Positions 62,264 to 64,000 of a stretch of DNA of 64,000 nucleotides are shown one piece after another. The position numbers and the translations under genes were made by a program. The DNA lies in NCBI GenBank assembly GCA_951406725.2, contig OX597826.1, positions 81,034,001 to 81,098,000 of the forward strand, in the 5' to 3' direction. The notes beneath the pieces are model-generated. The model saw only the letters and a program-made list of their open reading frames with translations, made no database searches and was not told the origin of the DNA. Each line of letters opens with the position of its first letter. The stretch's first letter is position 1. Source of the DNA: Octopus vulgaris (Eukaryota).

Positions 62264-62932
62264 TTTCTACTATGAGCACAAGGCCTGAATTTGTGGGGGA
62301 GGGAGGGGGGGGTGTAGTGGATTATATCAATCTCAGTGTGTAACCAGTGCTTACTTCATCGACCCTGAAAAGATGAAAGGCCAAGTCAACCTTGGCAGAA
62401 TTTGAACCCAGAATGTAGCAACAGGTGAAGTACTGCTAAGCATTTCATCCTGCGCTCTAACGATTCTGCCAGCTCATCACTTTAATAGTAATAACTATAG
62501 TTGTGGTGTCAATTAATAATAATAATGATAATAATAATTCATTTCTTTATTGCCCACAGGGGTGCTAAGCATAGAGGGGACAAACAAAGGGATTAAGTCG
62601 ATTATATCGACCCCAGTGTGTAACTGGTATTTATTTAATCGACCCTGAAAGGATGAAAGGCAAAGTCAATCTTGTCGAAATTTGAACTCAGAATGTAGCG
62701 GCAGACGAAATACCTATTTCTTTACTACTCACAAGGGGCTAAACACAGAGGGGACAAATGGATCAAGTCGATTACATCGACCCCAGTGCGTAACTGGTAC
62801 TTATTTAGTCGACCCCCAAAAGGATGAAAGGCAAAGTCGACCTCGGCGGAATTTGAACTCAGAACGTAGCGGCAGACGAAATACCACTAAGCATTTCACC
62901 CTGTGTGCTAACGTTTCTGCCAGCTTGCCACC

Positions 62933-62934
<2 letters not shown>
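62264..62934 (-). mobile_element. Cluster of SINE family B copies, including a partial tandem dimer (62541-62934)
   Basis: Core GATGAAAGGC.AAGTC...GAATTTGAAC occurs three times, separated by (TAA)n or directly joined at 62712. Confidence 0.88.
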
Positions 62935-62970
<36 letters not shown>

Positions 62971-64000
62971 TGTTGTGTCAAATAATAATGATAATAAAAA
63001 ACCTATAATTTGTATCACCTTTTACTTAACACTCCTGATATACTAGTAGTGGTTGCGGTGGTGTTGGCAGTGGTGGTGGTGGTAGTTATTGCTGCAGTAT
63101 AAATGGAGTAGCGTGTGCAATATATTTCTTAAAATCTCCATTACAAGATTTATGTGTTCATGTGTCTGGACAAATGTTTTTTTCTTTCTTTCTTTTTTTT
63201 TCTTCCATTTATCAAAATATATTAATATATTAAACCACGTTATATTGGATGTTTGGGTCAGCTCAAGAAATGATATCGGAATCCAAATCCAAAGGTCATA
63301 TCTCAGTTTTGTTTTTGTTTAGCTTTGCCGCTGCCATTGCAGGAATTTTCTTTAAAGCCACAGTCTGTCTCTTATGTTTAATGTTGGAGCTTCTAGAATG
63401 GTCATCGAACCTGCTAGAAACAGCAATGAAATTCCCTCAGCTAACACACCACTGTCTTCAGTACATAAAGGTCATATTAGGCATGCAGATAGGATGGTCA
63501 TGATTGGAATGTCTTTTGATCAAAAGTTTGCTCAGTTAAGACTCGGGTGTTACACATTAACAACAAAACATACAATAACATTGTATGTCATCATCATTTA
63601 ATGTCTCTTTTCCATGCTGGTATGGGTTGGACGGTTTGACTGAGGACTGGCAAACCAGAGAGGATCCATTTGTCTGTTTTGGCCCTGGTTTCTGTGGACG
63701 GCTGCCCTTCCTAATGCCAACCACTCTACAGAGTGGCACTGGGTGCTCTTCATGTGGCACCAGCATGGGTGCGTTTTACCTGGCATCAGTGCAGGTGCTT
63801 TATATGCAGCTGGGTGTTCATATAAAGACATAGCAAAGCCAGCTGGTTGTGAAGTTTATTTTGTAATGACAAATCTTGAGTTTGACCCCAGTGCAAAGCA
63901 TCATGGGTAAGTGACTTTTACCCTACATCAAGAACCTTACCTATTCTCATTAATCCCTCATCTCCTTACATAAAACTACCCCTCTCTCTCTCTCTCTCTT

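Overview
AT-rich, repeat-saturated eukaryotic DNA. The microsatellite load and SINE repertoire look like a coleoid cephalopod (Octopus-like); this is an inference from repeat style only. No intact host protein-coding gene is supportable, and almost all ORFs in the track are microsatellite or SINE artefacts. The first ~2.7 kb may be a terminal exon/3'UTR. The rest is a nested mosaic: at least six SINE-like families, a young 5'-truncated CR1-type LINE, decayed RTE and L1/Tx1 LINEs, three mariner remnants, an internally deleted piggyBac with TTAA-type MITEs, hAT MITEs (two with perfect 8-bp TSDs), a non-autonomous Helitron, and several Penelope-like repeats. Most notable: (1) several sequence-unrelated short repeats, often inside (TA)n tracts or with tail-to-tail inversions, carry type I hammerhead ribozyme motifs with self-complementary stem III (best at 26728-26774 and 55148-55248, minus strand), and one also carries a tRNA B-box; (2) an 11-copy, nearly perfect 37-bp tandem array made of a mariner terminal inverted repeat; (3) two ~130-155 bp local inverted duplications 0.8-1 kb from their source; (4) a pre-miRNA-like hairpin at 20545-20625; (5) a 34-bp satellite that forms a 134-bp higher-order repeat. 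All calls were made by eye; coordinates of degenerate repeats are approximate.
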